A stretch of DNA of 64,000 nucleotides from Eledone cirrhosa (GCA_964016885.1 OZ024766.1:12834001-12898000), one strand, 5' to 3'; shown: positions 42,025 to 53,422, counted from the stretch's first letter. Notes: generated by a model from the sequence alone, not told the origin. Program-made: numbers and translations.

Positions 42025-43435
42025 GAGTGCATAGCTTGGAGATCAGATAGTCACTCCAGGTAGAGTCGCTACTTCTCTGAATTGAGAGATCACGGCTCTG
42101 ATACTATGGACGTGTGGTTAGAATGTCTTAGGAAAGAATTAGTGGAGAGTCACTCCAGGTAGAGCTGCTACTTCTCTGAATTGAGAGACCACAGCTCTGA
42201 TACTATGGACATGTGGTTAGAATGTCTCAGGAAAGAATCACTGGAGAGTCACTCCAGGTAGAGCTGCTACTTCTCTGAATTGAGAGATCACAGCTCTGAT
42301 ACTATGGACATGTGGTTAGAATGTCTTAGGAAAGAATTAGTGGAGAGTCACTCCAGGTAGAGCTGCTACTTCTCTGAATTGAGAGACCACAGCTCTGATA
42401 CTATGGACATGTGGTTAGAATGTCTCAGGAAAGAATCACTGGAGAGTCACTCTAGGTAGAGCTGCTACTTCTCTGAATTGAGAGATCACAGCTCTGATAC
42501 TATGGACATGTGGTTAGAATGTCTCAGGAAAGAATCACTGGAGAGTCACTCTAGGTAGAGCTGCTACTTCTCTGAATTGAGAGATCACAGCTCTGATACT
42601 ATGGACATGTGGTTAGAATGTCTCAGGAAAGAATCACTGGAGAGTCACTCCAGGTAGAGCTGCTACTTCTCTGAATTGAGAGATCACAGCTCTGATACTA
42701 TGGACATGTGGTTAGAATGTCTCAGGAAAGAATCACTGGAGAGTCACTCCAGGTAGAGCTGCTACTTCTCTGAATTGAGAGATCACAGCTCTGATACTAT
42801 GGACATGTGGTTAGAATGTCTCAGGAAAGAATCACTGGAGAGTCACTCCAGGTAGAGCTGCTACTTCTCTGAATTGAGAGATCACAGCTCTGATACTATG
42901 GACATGTGGTTAGAATGTCTCAGGAAAGAATCACTGGAGAGTCACTCCAGGTAGAGCTGCTTCTTCTCTGAATTGAGAGATCACAGCTCTGATACTATGG
43001 ACATGTGGTTAGAATGTCTCAGGAAAGAATCACTGGAGAGTCACTCCAGGTAGAGCTGCTACTTCTCTGAATTGAGAGATCACAGCTCTGATACTATGGA
43101 CATGTGGTTAGAATGTCTCAGGAAAGAATTGCTGGAGAGTCACTCCAGGTAGAGCTGCTACTTCTCTGATTTGAGAGATCACAGCTCTGATACTATGGAC
43201 ATGTGTTTAGAATATCTCAGGAAAGAATTGCTGGACAGATTTTAAAGGCAAAACCAACCGGCAGGTGACTCAGAGGTACATTCCGAGCAAGATGGTTGGA
43301 TAACATCCATGAACTTGGCTGGTCTCGGTTAGATGGTTGCAGATGGTTGCTTCTGACAGGACCCACTGGAAGGAGAGTTTGAGGACTCTGCCCCCCATGA
43401 CCCCCTCAGGAATAAGTGGGCGAAGAAGAAGATAC
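42025..43435 (+). mobile_element. Decayed RTE LINE 3' end containing a 99-bp tandem expansion
   Basis: Reads HSLEIR*SLQVE.LLL*IERSQL*YYGHVVRMSQERI..ILKAKPTGR..RWLDNI, then a (GAA)n-like tail. Confidence 0.8.
42050..43236. repeat. 99-bp minisatellite, ~12 copies, LINE-derived
   Basis: TCACTCCAGG at 42051, 42150, 42249 ... Confidence 0.97.
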
Positions 43436-43547
43436 ATCCACTGTTCCATGCTTGTATGGATTTGAAATTCTGTGAGTGTCTAGTCTCAGAAATGTTAGAG
43501 GGTTGGAAGTGGTATGACAACTGGTGGGTGTAAAAGTAGTTGGCTAG

Positions 43548-44020
43548 AATTTGCAGATGACATGGTGTTATTTAACTCAACAGAAGATGATCCCAGATGT
43601 TAACTTGATAGGTTTGCTACCAAGCCCTGCATGACAGGACTGAAAACTGGTGCTGTGAAGACTGAGATACTCCTCTTCTCAGAGGAGCCTGCACAGGGCA
43701 CCCTACATGTGAGTGGAGTTCCACTGAAGCAGGGGGAGATGTTCAAGTATCTAGGGTCTGTGTTCATGAGTTGATGAAGGCAAGAGGCAGAATTAAATGC
43801 AAACATTACAGGAGCTAGTGCAGTAATGTGTCAACTTCAACATTTGGTATCAGAAGAAGGGAGGTAGGTGTAAAAGTAAAACTCACTGACTTCAATTTGG
43901 TGCCAACCCTTACCCCAACCCTTACCCTTACCCTTGGCAATGAATCTTGGGTAATGACCAAAGTATTTATGGTGTAATGTTACTTGACAGAGTACACAAC
44001 TCGGAGATCAGAGTTACACC
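43548..44020 (+). mobile_element. Decayed RTE LINE RT fragment
   Basis: FADDMVL, FKYLGSVF, PTLTLGNESWVMT, LLDRVHNSEIR motifs with stops and frameshifts. Confidence 0.8.
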
Positions 44021-44040
44021 AGGTGATGATATGTGTGTAT

Positions 44041-44655
44041 CATCATCATCATCATCATTTTACGTCTGCTTTTCGTTGCTTGCAAGGGTGGGATGGCTCA
44101 TTTTCAGCATCTCTCCACTTGTCACGTTCCTTTGTCATCTCCTCTGTGATCTTCAGCGATCTGAGGTCTTCTCTCACCACCTCCGGCCATGTTTTACGTG
44201 GTCTACCTCTTCTACGTCTTCCTTCTGCTGGGATATCTTGGCACTTCTTCACTCAGCAGTCATCCTCCATGCACATCACATGTCCATACCATCGCAGTCT
44301 CCTCTCCTGCACACCACAACGTATCCCTCTTATACACAGTTTCTCTCTCAACACATCCATGCTGGGTCATTCACACACATTGACATTACACATTCAATGG
44401 CCTCGGAACACCCCCCTCCCTTGCTAATCTGATCCCCTAGGTACCGGAAGCTCCCAACCATTTCTATAGAACCTACCTGCAATTGAAAAATGTGTCTATC
44501 ACTGCGACTCTTACTGTCAAATGTCCCTGTACATCTACTGCATATGTAGTATTCCCTACCTGTTAGTTTGCCTGCTGTCCCACTACATCTCTTGTGTACC
44601 CAAGATCTGCATTGTGTACATTCTATAGAATTTGTGCCAACTCCTTTTCTATCGA
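44041..44655 (-). mobile_element. RTE LINE 3' fragment with partial PHD finger and (GAT)n tail
   Basis: KGVGTNSIECTQCRSWVHKRCSG..CSRC..FRYLGDQIS; RRRGRPRKTW; homologous to 49100-49896. Confidence 0.88.
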
Positions 44656-44714
44656 ACACATATATATATAAGGTACATATATACAATATACCCCTATGAA
44701 GAAGCTAGATGGAA

Positions 44715-46000
44715 AGTATACCAGGCAAGGAGAGAAGCAGAAAATGAAAAGTTTAAGTATGTTTTAGAATTCGAGGACCAAAAATGAGAGGTGTCCAGGA
44801 TTGTAAAGTAATGTGTCAAGGAAAACCATGATGTTATCGGGGAGAAATACATTCCTAACAACAATGGCTCCTCTTACCCTCACTGACATTGAAAAGAAAG
44901 CTGCTTGGAGATGTTGTTATGAGGAGCTGATGAACAAGGAAAATACATGGGAGGTAAACAGCCTGCCCCATGTGTACCCAGCAGAAGGCCCAGCTGTAAG
45001 TAGCAGCCTAGTAAGTAAGACAATTAAGAAGATGAAGATGGGTAAAGCAGCCAGGCCATTGGGAGTAGTTGCTGAGATGTTGAAAGTATCTGGGACGGTG
45101 GGACACACCCTAACTACCCTTGTTATAAACCAAGTAATACAGAATGGTGACATTCCCAGTGACTGGAATAGCAACATCATCGTCAACTGTTACAAAGGAA
45201 AAGGAGATGCCCTAGAGAGAACTACAGAGGTATCAAGCTGATTGAGCAGCTCATGAAAGTTATAGAAAGGCCATTGCACAAGTTTCCTATCATTTGAAGG
45301 CTGAGATCTTTGATACTTACACCCTACCAGTTGTATTATATGGTCTTGACTGTGGTAACTGGATGACAAGGTCACTTGAGAAGCTCTCTTACATTCCAGA
45401 ACCACATAATGAGACTTATGACTGGCAAGTGGCTCAGCAACTGTATCTGTATCAGTGAGCTGCTCAACATTACCAGACTTAGTCCAATTACATCAATTGT
45501 CAAGTCAAGAGTACTCAAACTATATGGTCATATAAAAAGATCAACTTGTGAGTAGGTTATGTCTGGAAGGAAGGTTGGCTGGTAAGAGAAGCAGGGGCCA
45601 GCAGCCAAATCAATGGCTTGATAATGTCAACTTATGGACTGGACTTGATCTTTGCTCTTTAAACTCTGCGGTTGGTATTCAAACTTTGTGGAGAACAATA
45701 TCTCATGTTGATGCGCAGACTGCAACTGGTGGAGTTTAGTGTCGTGAGAATTGCACAACTAATTAGTGATTGTATACACATAAATGGGATGCAGTTTGGA
45801 TTTGTGCCAGGAAAAAGCACACCTGAGGCCCTCTTATTTGTGAAGCAAATACAGGAGAAGTAACTGGGTAAAAGCAAGCCACTCTACTTAGCATTCGTGG
45901 GCCTAGAGAAAGTGTTTGACAGAATCCCTCGACCCTTACTCTGGTGGGACCTCAGAAAACAAGGGGTAAAGGAGTGGACGTAAGATCATTATAAGTCATG
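44715..46000 (+). mobile_element. Decayed RTE LINE middle fragment, split by another LINE fragment (~45290-45735)
   Basis: 44813-45241 aligns to the N-part of ORF 47971; resumes ~45740 (MQFGFVPGKST); insert has LYGH..LEGRLAGKRSRG..WLDNV. Confidence 0.8.
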
Positions 46001-46084
46001 TAAAGAGAGGGGGGGGGCACCACATCACTCTGCACACACCACATCATTACACCATTGGTCTTTCCAATTGATGATATAATCTAC

Positions 46085-46232
46085 AATCTACCAGTTGTAA
46101 CTCCTGGCAGATAGAGCAAGGTGAAATAAAGTGTCTTGTTGAAGGACTTAACACATCACCTAGTCTACGAATTCAACTCAGAATCTCGTGGTTGTCAATA
46201 CAACTCTCTTACCACTAAGCTACATGTCTTCC
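46085..46232 (-). mobile_element. Degenerate tRNA-derived SINE
   Basis: GTGAAATAAAGTGTCTTG and the B-box complement resemble SINE 56090. Confidence 0.6.
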
Positions 46233-46364
46233 TATGTTTTAGTGATAGTGGACAGTGAATGATGATGATGATGGTCATTTTATTTGATAGATTGACCAGT
46301 TGATCATCTCAATTGTGTATTATTGCCTTTGTTTTCACAGGGTCCCTTGTAGTAATGAGTAAAA

Positions 46365-46560
46365 GGTAATAGAGTATTGGTTAGGGTGTTGAACTCAATG
46401 ATAAACTTGTGAGTTCAATTCCTGGGCTTGGCAGCATGTTCTGTTGTACAATAAAACATTTTATTTCACGTTGCTTCAGTCCAATCAGCTGGAATAAAAT
46501 AAGTTGTGACAATTCTGGTTCCAAGTTATATCAGCCTTTCACTTTCCTTTGGACAACATC
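46365..46560 (+). mobile_element. Degenerate tRNA-derived SINE
   Basis: GTGAGTTCAATTCC B-box then TTTATTTCACGTTGCT as in SINE 56090. Confidence 0.55.
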
Positions 46561-46664
46561 ATATAGTCTATATATATTGTGTGTACTGAATATATATATA
46601 GTGATAACATGGTATGTGTAGCTCTTTAGTTCTTAGACCAGATTGTTTCAACAGGAATATATGT

Positions 46665-47100
46665 CAACTAATTGTCTCCATTGATTTCAGTTGGTGACAG
46701 CTTGTTGACATCCATGCCAGCTGATGTTGACAGTTTGTGGGACACTTTGGAATGTGTCCACCAGGTCATTTGCGGCTGGTCTCTTTTCCACTTGCCTTCA
46801 AGGGGAATCCATGTCATCGCTGTTTTGGACAGGTGATCTTCTGGGAGGTGCAGAATGTCACCTGCAAAATGGAACCAACATTCCATGATGATCTCCTGCA
46901 GTGTATGTGACCCTGCTTTCCACAGGATCTTACCAGCTAACCTTTACAATCCTATGCAGGCTCCTCTGATGGAAAGTCTTTAGAGACCTATCAATCTTCA
47001 CAGTGTGTTTCCATGTTTCACAGTCAGAGATGGCCACAGGAAGTACAATGCTAGTGTACAAGCGCAGCTTAAAATACATGCTGAGGGCTCTGTTTGATCG
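46665..47100 (-). mobile_element. Decayed RTE-type LINE 3' coding fragment
   Basis: WFHFAGDILHLPEDHLSKTAMTWIPLEGKWKR..TW resembles RTE C-terminal W.GH..R..W.P..GKR.RG.P..TW. Confidence 0.7.
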
Positions 47101-47257
47101 AGTGCATCAATTGGATCAATGATCCAATCGATTGATTTTGAACAACATATTAAATATACTCTGGGAGTTTATTTAACATTAGCTATTGAGTACACTGAGA
47201 TGCAATCGTTCCTAGCAGTGGTACCCTTGCCAGTTATTATTATTATTACGAGACAAT

Positions 47258-47444
47258 GGCCAGTGGATTGGCAGTGTCGGTAGAGGGTCGGACGCCATGC
47301 TTTGACGCATAGAGTTACGGCCCTTGCCATTCTGAGTTCAAATCCCGCCGAGGTTAACTTTGCCTTTCATCCTTATGGGGTCGATAAAATAAAGTACCAG
47401 TAATACACTGGGTAATTGCTGGCCTTGTGCCAAAAGTCGAAACA
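47258..47444 (+). mobile_element. tRNA-derived SINE with flanking direct repeat
   Basis: A-box-like head, B-box GAGTTCAAATCC; ATTATTATTACGAGACAAT on both sides (47239-47257, 47445-47463). Confidence 0.85.
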
Positions 47445-47970
47445 ATTATTATTACGAGACAATCACCTGATCACCTATAGATCCGGGGGAACATACCAGC
47501 CAGGTAGATTATATCCTTACCAGAGGACGTGACAGAGTGTCTGTTGTAAACACTAAATCCCTCCCCCATGAGGAATGCACCTCCCAACATAGACTACTAA
47601 TTAGCGACCTCATAGTCAGGACGAGACGTACTAGACAGCAGAAGAGGACTATCCTCAGGAGAAAAATATGGAAGTTAAAGGACCCCCACAGCCAGAAATA
47701 AATTCCAAAGCATATTACTTGATGCTTTCGACAGTAAGGAAGAGCATTTAGAGTCGTACAATATAGAGGAACAGTGGGAATTCCTGAAAGCAAACCTGCT
47801 GACGGCGGCAGACGAAGTCTGTGGCTGGAGCAGGCCCGTAGGTAGGAGGAGAGTAACATGGTGGTGGAACAGTAAGGTGGAGGAGTCAATTAAGGCCAAA
47901 AAGCAGGCTTGGAAAGTATGGGGGAAGTAGAGAAGACTATCAAGTAGCCAGGAGGGAAGCTAGGAGACAA

Positions 47971-49896
47971 GTGTACTTCGCAAGAAGAGAAGCAGAGGAA
48001 AGAAAGTTCAAGCATGTTCTACAACGTGAGGTGTTCAGGATTGCTAGGCAATGTGTCAAGGAAAACCGTGATATTGTCGGGGAGAAGTGTGTACTTAATA
48101 ATGATGGTGTACTTGCCATCACTGACGCTGATAAGAAGGTAGCTTGGAAGTGTCACTACGAAAGGCTTCTAAATGAGGAGAATAAATGGGAGAAAGACAG
48201 TCTCCCCCACATCGACCCAATAGAGGGACCGGGAGTGTTAGTCGGAGGTAGTATAATAAGTAAGGCAATCAAAGATATGAAGATGGGTAAGGCGGCTGGG
48301 CCTTCGGAAATAGTTGCTGAGATGCTGAAAGCCTCTGGAACGGTGGGACACACCATGGTCACCCGGATAGTAAACCAAGTCATACAGAATTGGGTTGTTC
48401 TGAAGGACTGGCGTAGCAGCATCATCATTAACTGTTACAAGGGTAAAGGAGATGCCCTAGATAGGAGTAACTATAGAGGCATTAAATTAATCGACCAGGT
48501 CATGAAGGTCACCGAAAAAGTTATAGCGCAACTAATCAGAGATAGAATTGATCTAGATGAAATGCAGTTCGGTTTTGTGTCAGGCAAAAGTACCACAGAC
48601 GCTCTTTTCATTGTACGACAAATACAGGAGAAGTACCTAGCTAAAAGTAAACCCCTATACTTAGCTTTTGTTGACTTGGAGAAAGCCTACGACAGAGTCC
48701 CCCGTTCCATTATCTGGTGGGCTCTTAGAAAACTAGGTGTTGACGAATGGCTTGTGAGAGCTATACAAGCCATGTATAAAGAAACAGTCAGCAAGGTTAG
48801 AATTAACAACGAATATAGTGAAGAGTTTAGTGTAAAAGTTGGTGTACATCAGGGCTCTGTTCTTAGCCCCCTACTATTTATTATTGCCCTTCAGGCTATA
48901 ACAGTGGAGTTCAAGACCGGCTGCCCATGGGAACTCCTATACGCAGACGATCTAACGCTCATAGCTGAATCAATGGCCGAGCTAGAGAAGAAATTCCAAA
49001 CATGGAAGCATGGCCTAGAATCAAAAGGGCTTAAAATTAACCTGGCTAAGACTAAAGTTCTAGTTTGTAGGAAAGAAAATAAGGCGAAGGTCCCTTCCGG
49101 GAAATGGCCATGCTCAGTGTGTAGGAAAGGCATAGGTAGAAACTCCATTTTATGTCCCAAATGCAAAGTATGGGTGCATAAAAGATGTAGTGGGATCACA
49201 GGTAAGCTAACTAAGAACATAGATTTTACATGTGGCCGGTGCTCTGGTGCAATAAGTAGCAGCAAATGCCCACAAAATACTAGCTCTTTCAATTGCGCAG
49301 AGGGTTCTATAGAAATAGTGGATAGCTTCCGTTACCTGGGTGACAAAATCAGCAGTGGGGGAGGGTGCTCTGAAAGTACAGTAGCTAGAGTCAGAACTGG
49401 ATGGAAAAAGTTCAGAAAGCTTATACCACTATTAGCCACTAAAGGGTTCTCCCTAAAAATGAAAGGCAGGTTGTATGATGCCTGCATACGAACAGCAATG
49501 TTGCATGGCAGTGAGACCTGGGCATTGTGTGCAGAGGATATACGCAGACTGGAGAGGAACGAAGCTTGCATGCTCCGCTGGATGTGTAATAGTAACATAC
49601 GTGAACGGCAAAGCATAAGCGAACTAAGGAAAAAATTAGAAATAAGAGGGATCAGATGTTGTTTACTCAAGAGAAGGCTACGTTGGTATGGACACGTGAT
49701 GCGCATGAAAGTCGATAGCTGTATAACAAAGTGCAGGGCAATAAAGATAGACGGTAGCTACGGTGTAGGCAGACCCAGAAAAACCTGGGACGAGCTGATA
49801 AATTCCGACCTCACACACTTACACCTCTCCAAGACAATGTCACTGGACCGAGACCTTTGGCGGTACTCAGTAATAGAGAAGACCCGCCTTACCTAA
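47971..49896 (+). CDS. RTE LINE reverse transcriptase (641 aa open portion) with internal PHD finger
   Basis: NYRGI, QFGF, FVDLEKAYD, GVHQGSVLSP, YADD (48940-48951), FRYLG, LRWYGHV, GRPRKTW. Confidence 0.95.
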   Translation: MYFARREAEERKFKHVLQREVFRIARQCVKENRDIVGEKCVLNNDGVLAITDADKKVAWKCHYERLLNEENKWEKDSLPHIDPIEGPGVLVGGSIISKAIKDMKMGKAAGPSEIVAEMLKASGTVGHTMVTRIVNQVIQNWVVLKDWRSSIIINCYKGKGDALDRSNYRGIKLIDQVMKVTEKVIAQLIRDRIDLDEMQFGFVSGKSTTDALFIVRQIQEKYLAKSKPLYLAFVDLEKAYDRVPRSIIWWALRKLGVDEWLVRAIQAMYKETVSKVRINNEYSEEFSVKVGVHQGSVLSPLLFIIALQAITVEFKTGCPWELLYADDLTLIAESMAELEKKFQTWKHGLESKGLKINLAKTKVLVCRKENKAKVPSGKWPCSVCRKGIGRNSILCPKCKVWVHKRCSGITGKLTKNIDFTCGRCSGAISSSKCPQNTSSFNCAEGSIEIVDSFRYLGDKISSGGGCSESTVARVRTGWKKFRKLIPLLATKGFSLKMKGRLYDACIRTAMLHGSETWALCAEDIRRLERNEACMLRWMCNSNIRERQSISELRKKLEIRGIRCCLLKRRLRWYGHVMRMKVDSCITKCRAIKIDGSYGVGRPRKTWDELINSDLTHLHLSKTMSLDRDLWRYSVIEKTRLT

Positions 49897-50062
49897 ATAC
49901 ATAGTAAAACCTACTACAGTCAGTAGGCATCTCTAACAAAATACACCCCCGTCCCACCACCCCCACCCCATCCACACCGCCCCTTTCAATGTAAAGTTAT
50001 GTTGGTGCCACAACATCCAGGCCGAAACAAATGAGATCGTGTAGGGGTCACGACAAAAAACA

Positions 50063-50966
50063 CACAGTCCACGCTGTAATGTGGCCATGTAGGCAACACG
50101 GTAAAAACCTCCCAGTCCCACACTGTAAATGTGGTTGGTGTTAGGAAGGGCATCCAGCTGTAGAAAACCCGCCAGACAGTCCACGCTGTAATGTGGCCGT
50201 GTAGGCAACACGGTAAAAACCTCCCAGTCCCACACTGTAAATGTGGTTGGTGTTAGGAAGGGCATCCAGCTGTAGAAAACCTGCCAGACAGTCCACGCTG
50301 TAATGTGGCCGTGTAGGTAACACGGTAAAAACCTCCCAGTCCCACACTGTAAATGTGGTTGGTGTTAGGAAGGGCATCCAACTGTAGAAAACCCGCCAGA
50401 TAGTCCACGCTGTAATGTGGCCGTGTAGGCAACACGGTAAAAACCTCCCAGCCCCACACTGTAAATGTGGTTGGTGTTAGGAAGGGCATCCAGCTGTAGA
50501 AAACCCGCCAGACAGTCCACGCTGTAATGTGGCCGTGTAGGCAACACGGTAAAAACCTCCCAGTCCCACACTGAAAATGTGGTTGGTGTTAGGAAGGGCA
50601 TCTAGCTGTAGAAAACCCACCAGACAGTCCACGCTGTAATGTGGCCGTGTAGGCAACACAGTAAAAACCTCCCAGTCCCACACTGTAAATGTGGTTGGTG
50701 TTAGGAAGGGCATCCAGCTGTAGAAAACCCGCCAGACAGTCCACGCTGTAATGTGGCCGTGTAGGTAACACGGTAAAAACCTCCCAGTCCCACACTGTAA
50801 ATGTGGTTGGTGTTAGGAAGGGCATCCAACTGTAGAAAACCCGCCAGACAGTCCACGCTGTAATGTGGCCGTGTAGGTAACACGGTAAAAACCTCCCAGT
50901 CCCACACTGTAAATGTGGTTGGTGTTAGGAAGGGCATCCAGCCGTAGAAAACCCGCCAGACAGTCC
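50063..50966. repeat. 112-bp tandem repeat (~8 copies) within the LINE 3' UTR
   Basis: Unit with GGTTGGTGTTAGGAAGGGCATCCAGCTGTAGAAAACC recurs every 112 bp. Confidence 0.96.
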
Positions 50967-51072
50967 TATGCGAGCAAGACAACCACTCTTGCCTCAAGTG
51001 GGAAAACCCCCGTCCAAACCCATGCAAGCGTGGAACACGGACGTTAAACGATGATGATGATGATGATGATTA

Positions 51073-51300
51073 GGGCGGTGGATTAGCAGTGTCAGTAGAG
51101 GGCCGGACGCCATGATTTGCAGCATAGAGTTACCCCCCTTTATGATCTGAGTTTAAATCCTGCCGAGGTTAACTTTGCCTTTCATCCTTACGGGGTCGAT
51201 AAAATAAAGTACCAGTCACGCAGTGGGGTCGATTTAATCGACTTTCCCTTCCGCCAAAATTGCTGGCCTTGTGCCTACGGTATATAAGAAACAATTATTA
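51073..51300 (+). mobile_element. tRNA-derived SINE (same family as 47258)
   Basis: Shares GAGGTTAACTTTGCCTTTCATCCTTA.GGGGTCGATAAAATAAAGTACCAGT. Confidence 0.88.
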
Positions 51301-51386
51301 TCATTATAATAATAATAATAATAATAATAAATATATATATATATATATGGAATATAAGAATCAAAGAACTGTTCAAAACATTATTG

Positions 51387-51433
51387 TGCTTACAGCTGTT
51401 TCCTCCAAACCGAGGTTTGGATTCTTCGGAGCA
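51387..51433 (-). ncRNA. Degenerate type I hammerhead ribozyme
   Basis: UGCU-CCGAAGA-(UCCAAACC/GGUUUGGA hairpin)-GAAA-CAGCUG-UA-AGCA; U4->C and stem II closing mismatch. Confidence 0.4.
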
Positions 51434-51596
51434 ATTTATTAATGCATGGACAGTTATATGACCTCCTCTTCAGCCGAGAGACATACCGATACATATTCAA
51501 ACATTGATACATATTCAAACATTGTGGGTCAACATTCATTACAGAATTTAGAGTGGCAATACACACTTCGAGATTACATTTATATTAATAGGTACA

Positions 51597-51632
<36 letters not shown>

Positions 51633-51714
51633 TGGCTCTAGATATTGTTTATTGAGCTTGCTAATTGAGAAACACAAAATCCTAAACATATTTGATATGT
51701 TTTGATTCATTTTT

Positions 51715-51779
<65 letters not shown>

Positions 51780-51819
51780 ATACTTTGGGAAGGCCATGCT
51801 AAACAAATTCAGAAACGAA

Positions 51820-51852
<33 letters not shown>

Positions 51853-52034
51853 CAATACATAAACAGAGAAAGCCTTAAGCGATACTCTGACCAACTCCAT
51901 CTCACTCAACAAACATTAGGATATACCTAAGTATTTTCCCAATTTAGTGTTTGGGGTGCTAACTAATCAGTATTTTGTGGATAGCTGGTTGTATTACTTT
52001 ATATGAGACATTATTAAATAAATATCTCTTTCCT

Positions 52035-52158
52035 TCCAGACGGCCGTTTCATTATAAGATTTCTACAATTTGGGATAAATAATTTCCAGGTTATGTAGAA
52101 ACTTGTATATAATCCATAGTTTTATACACAAGCGGGCTCTTATAAACTCATCAGTGGA
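52035..52158 (-). ncRNA. Type I hammerhead ribozyme, canonical core, large branched stem II
   Basis: UCCA-CUGAUGA-GUUUAUAAGA...UCUUAUAAU-GAAA-CGGCCG-UC-UGGA. Confidence 0.75.
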
Positions 52159-52706
52159 TGCCCAAATTAATATCGATATAAGAATTATATCGACATTAAT
52201 AGATTAGTGATGGTCTCCCTCAGCGCTAAGAAGATCCAGCGCTTAGAAAATCCAGCAGTCCTCCCAAAGAAAAATTACACGCTGTCCCCAAAAGGGTAAA
52301 AGGAGGTCATCTTAAAATAAAACAATATATACGCTGGTCATTTAAACCTGTTAGGTATTAACCACGTGTATAAGAACTGAATTGGAAATTTAAAAGAATA
52401 ATCATATATAACCAATGCATACACAGAGATATTAAAACATTATATATATATATATATATATATATAATACATTTAGAAACACACAGATACATGCGGACAC
52501 ACACATATATACATGAATGCATCCGCACCCAACTGTGAGTTAAGGGTGCCAACTTCACCGATGTTGCTCAATGAATGACTGGGACAGACCAATTCAGTTT
52601 GAACCAGACTGAACCAGTATCAGAGTTAAAAATACATTATGAAGAGAGAAGAAACATTTAGATATAATTAGTAATAAAATGTATCATACCTAAACTGTTC
52701 CTAAAT

Positions 52707-52794
52707 TCCTCGACTACGTAGTTTCGTGGCATAAACAAAAACAATATATCAAAGATATAGAGTCCTTGCGAGGTCTGCCGACTTATCAAGAGGA
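52707..52794 (-). ncRNA. Type I hammerhead ribozyme (U3-A8 variant), inverted copy
   Basis: Reverse complement of 53423-53510. Confidence 0.8.
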
Positions 52795-53422
52795 TACCTC
52801 ATTTTACTAGTCTCAAGAACGCGTCTACACGACGTGAGAAAGAATCCCAAAAGGCGGAGGGGGAGATAGTCACGCGATATAACGGTCGAGAAACAGAGCT
52901 AAGCCTCCTATAACCACGAAAAAAATACCACGGAGGCGGAGGGGATATTCATATCGAGGCCGTAGAAGAGGTAGTGAAGAAGGCGAGAAGTATGAGTAAT
53001 GGAAGCTTTCCAGTTGTCCCCACACTTCAAAGATTGGTCTGTCCCAGTCATTCATTGAGCAACATCGGTGAAGTTGGCACCCTTAACTCACAGTTGGGTG
53101 CGGATGCATTCATGTATATATGTGTGTGTCCGCATGTATCTGTGTGTTTCTAAATGTATTAATAACTCCCTCTGGTCGAGCAATCTTTGAAGTGTGGGGA
53201 CAACTGGAAAGCTTCCATTACTCATACTTCTCGCCTTCTTCACTACCTCTTCTACGGCCTCGATATGAATACCCCCTCCGCCTCCGTGGTATTTTTTTCG
53301 TGGTTATAGGAGGCTTAGCTCTGTTTCTCGACCGTTATATCGCGTGACTATCTCCCCCTCCGCCTTTTGGGATTCTTTCTCACGTCGTGTAGACGCGTTC
53401 TTGAGACTAGTAAAATGAGGTA

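Larger units (their letters stand above)
47464..51070 (+). mobile_element. 5'-truncated RTE-clade LINE (APE C-terminus, RT, 3' UTR, (GAT)n tail)
   Basis: ITYRSG../SQVDYIL/SQHRLL endonuclease end (frameshifted), long RT ORF, tail 51050-51070. Confidence 0.93.

Noticed and set aside
43905-43935. Telomere-like (ACCCTT)n
   Set aside because: A few imperfect units inside an RTE fragment (PTLT region); not (TTAGGG)n.
49933-51027. Series of 78-aa ORFs; likewise the 60-79-aa ORFs in the 100-bp arrays
   Set aside because: Products of tandem-repeat periodicity.
53120-53347. 75-aa ORF in the 591-bp monomer (also 53711-53938, 52870-53055)
   Set aside because: Starts in a (TG)n-like tract, no recognisable motif; recurrence only reflects DNA duplication. 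Not excluded, but unsupported.
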